64,000 nucleotides of DNA from Camelus ferus. Lineage: Eukaryota. The position numbers were made by a program, and so were the translations under genes. The DNA is taken from the NCBI RefSeq assembly GCF_009834535.1, contig NC_045697.1, positions 82,648,001-82,712,000 on the forward strand, read 5' to 3'. The notes beneath the pieces are model-generated. The model was not told the DNA's origin, made no database searches, and saw nothing but the letters and a program-made list of their open reading frames with translations. Shown here in pieces: positions 62,385 to 64,000 of this stretch (the first letter of the stretch is position 1; every line of letters begins with the position of its first letter).

Positions 62385-64000
62385 CCACTCCCTTATATTT
62401 AAGAATTGGTATAGTTGTCATTATATTTTATTCATATATCAGAATAATGAAATCATCTATATAAATGGAAATGACACGTGTTATTTTAGTCTTTATTTTA
62501 TAGACTTACATAAACAGATAACTAAACCAACAACTTACTAATAAAATCCAGAATATAATCAAGTTCCTCTGGTACTACAGTCACATGTTTTAGTTTGCTT
62601 CATAAATACTTTTTGCTTTTCTCATGTATGGATATTACCTTCCTTCAAAGAGGATCAACTTTCCTATCTAAACAAGGGGTCTATTTTAATAGCATTTAAT
62701 CTAGCAGGCAAAAATTAAACTATTTTCTTCAACCTCAAAATGACATCAAGAAACTGTTGACTCTAAAGAATGTTCTTCTAAAGTTGATATTAAACAGGCA
62801 TTTGTGAATTCTTAGAAATTAAGATAAAAATCTTATAACTAAGATTGTGCTTTGGCTATGTAGAAATGCTCTTAGGACACACAGTATATTTAAATGCAAG
62901 TTAGAAAAAGATGAGGAAGAGATAAAGGAAGAGGAGAAGAAGGGAAAGCAGTGGGATGAGAATGAGAGGAGGGGGAGGGGAGAGGAAAAAAATGTACACA
63001 ATAGAGGGGAGAAAATTTGGTCTTTTAGCTGGATTATCTAAATGCCACACTCAATTAACTTTAAACTATCGACATCAAAGTGATATGTTAGCAAGAACAT
63101 ATAATAGAGTATTCTTCTGGAATCTTTCAGAATTTAATTTACTATCCAATATGATACTTTACAAGTACAACAATACATTATGGTTTACATGCTATAGTAT
63201 ACAAATAATCACTAGCAAGTTGATACACAACTTTAGAAACTGCCTTTAAAAATTCAGTATTAAAGATCAAAGGAAAAAGTATTTTAAAACAAAAGAATAT
63301 TTCTGTAAACATATGTTAAATTATTTCCTCTGCTGGTACAGAGGAATGAGCACTTGGATCATTTTATTTTCCACTGTCCAAAGGAAACTAGACTTTTGCT
63401 AATGACAAAATGCATATTTTACGTAAAAGATTAAATACATTGTATTCGTAAAAATGTTCCTTCCAATATTCTTCTTGTAAGTTTGCCCTGTTGAGTTACT
63501 TCTGCTCAGTTTGTTTATTAAAACTGAATGCCATGAAGAATATTTTGTAGAAGTAATACATTTGTTGTTGCTATTTTTGTTGGCAATAGGAATGCAAATT
63601 ACAGGGTTAATTTCATTAACAAACAAATTTTTTTATTTCAAATGTGTTATTAGCTGAGGCAACTTATGCAGATTTTTATTATTTAGAAGATACGTTCCCA
63701 ATGCCATGATTCTCCATTTTGGGAAAGATATGTATTTTTAATAAAATAAAATACATATATATATAATATATGTATATATATATACACCAATTTGATACTC
63801 TTTATAATAGCTACAAAATATTCACCCCTAATTAAAGGAGCAATCCAATTACTAGCATGCTATTCTAAAAATAGCCTTATAGCCTCTTAAATGCCGATAA
63901 AAGCTTTGCTACTAAAGCTAATATAAGTCCTCTATTTGAAATAACATTGAGCCAAAAAGGGCCTACTTGTATGGATATAGTATATCTTGTGTGTTTCACT

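Noticed and set aside
62905..62990. Acidic/basic peptide 'EKDEEEIKEEEKK' in ORF 62847-63041 (similar purine tract at 11440-11520)
   Set aside because: Simple GA-rich low-complexity DNA, not coding evidence.
1..64000. All short ORFs in the supplied track as protein-coding genes
   Set aside because: All are 60-132 aa, many start at non-ATG codons, and many lie inside repeats or low-complexity DNA. The only recognisable peptides are L1 ORF2p remnants (4548, 20502) or antisense L1 (8250, 13400, 31140).

Overview
AT-rich, CpG-depleted mammalian genomic DNA, intronic or intergenic, with no protein-coding gene I can support. Two tRNA-Ala-derived SINEs of the camelid Vic-1 type and many cetartiodactyl-type L1 3' ends point to a camelid source (camel, alpaca or llama). 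The window is a mosaic of transposon relics: L1 (young and L1M-age), L2, CR1/L3, MIR, about 9 solo LTRs (ERV1, ERVL, MaLR) and a MER45-like hAT element with a decayed transposase C-terminus. These are separated by repeat-poor stretches that may hold conserved non-coding elements. Most notable: (i) an 81-bp patch with 10 CpGs and a decayed inverted repeat at 36.1 kb; (ii) a compact, CpG-rich 288-bp solo LTR with perfect TSD and a DR1/AP-1/NRF1-like motif cassette at 35.3 kb; (iii) a ~95-bp segment inside a MER34-like LTR that is a ~85% copy of non-LTR DNA 2.1 kb downstream, itself part of a degenerate ~69-bp tandem repeat; (iv) a ~1.07-kb L1 whose 5' UTR start is fused directly to the 3' end. 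I found no convincing new multi-gene system. All repeat family names come from recalled consensus sequences, not a database search, and boundaries of old repeats are approximate.
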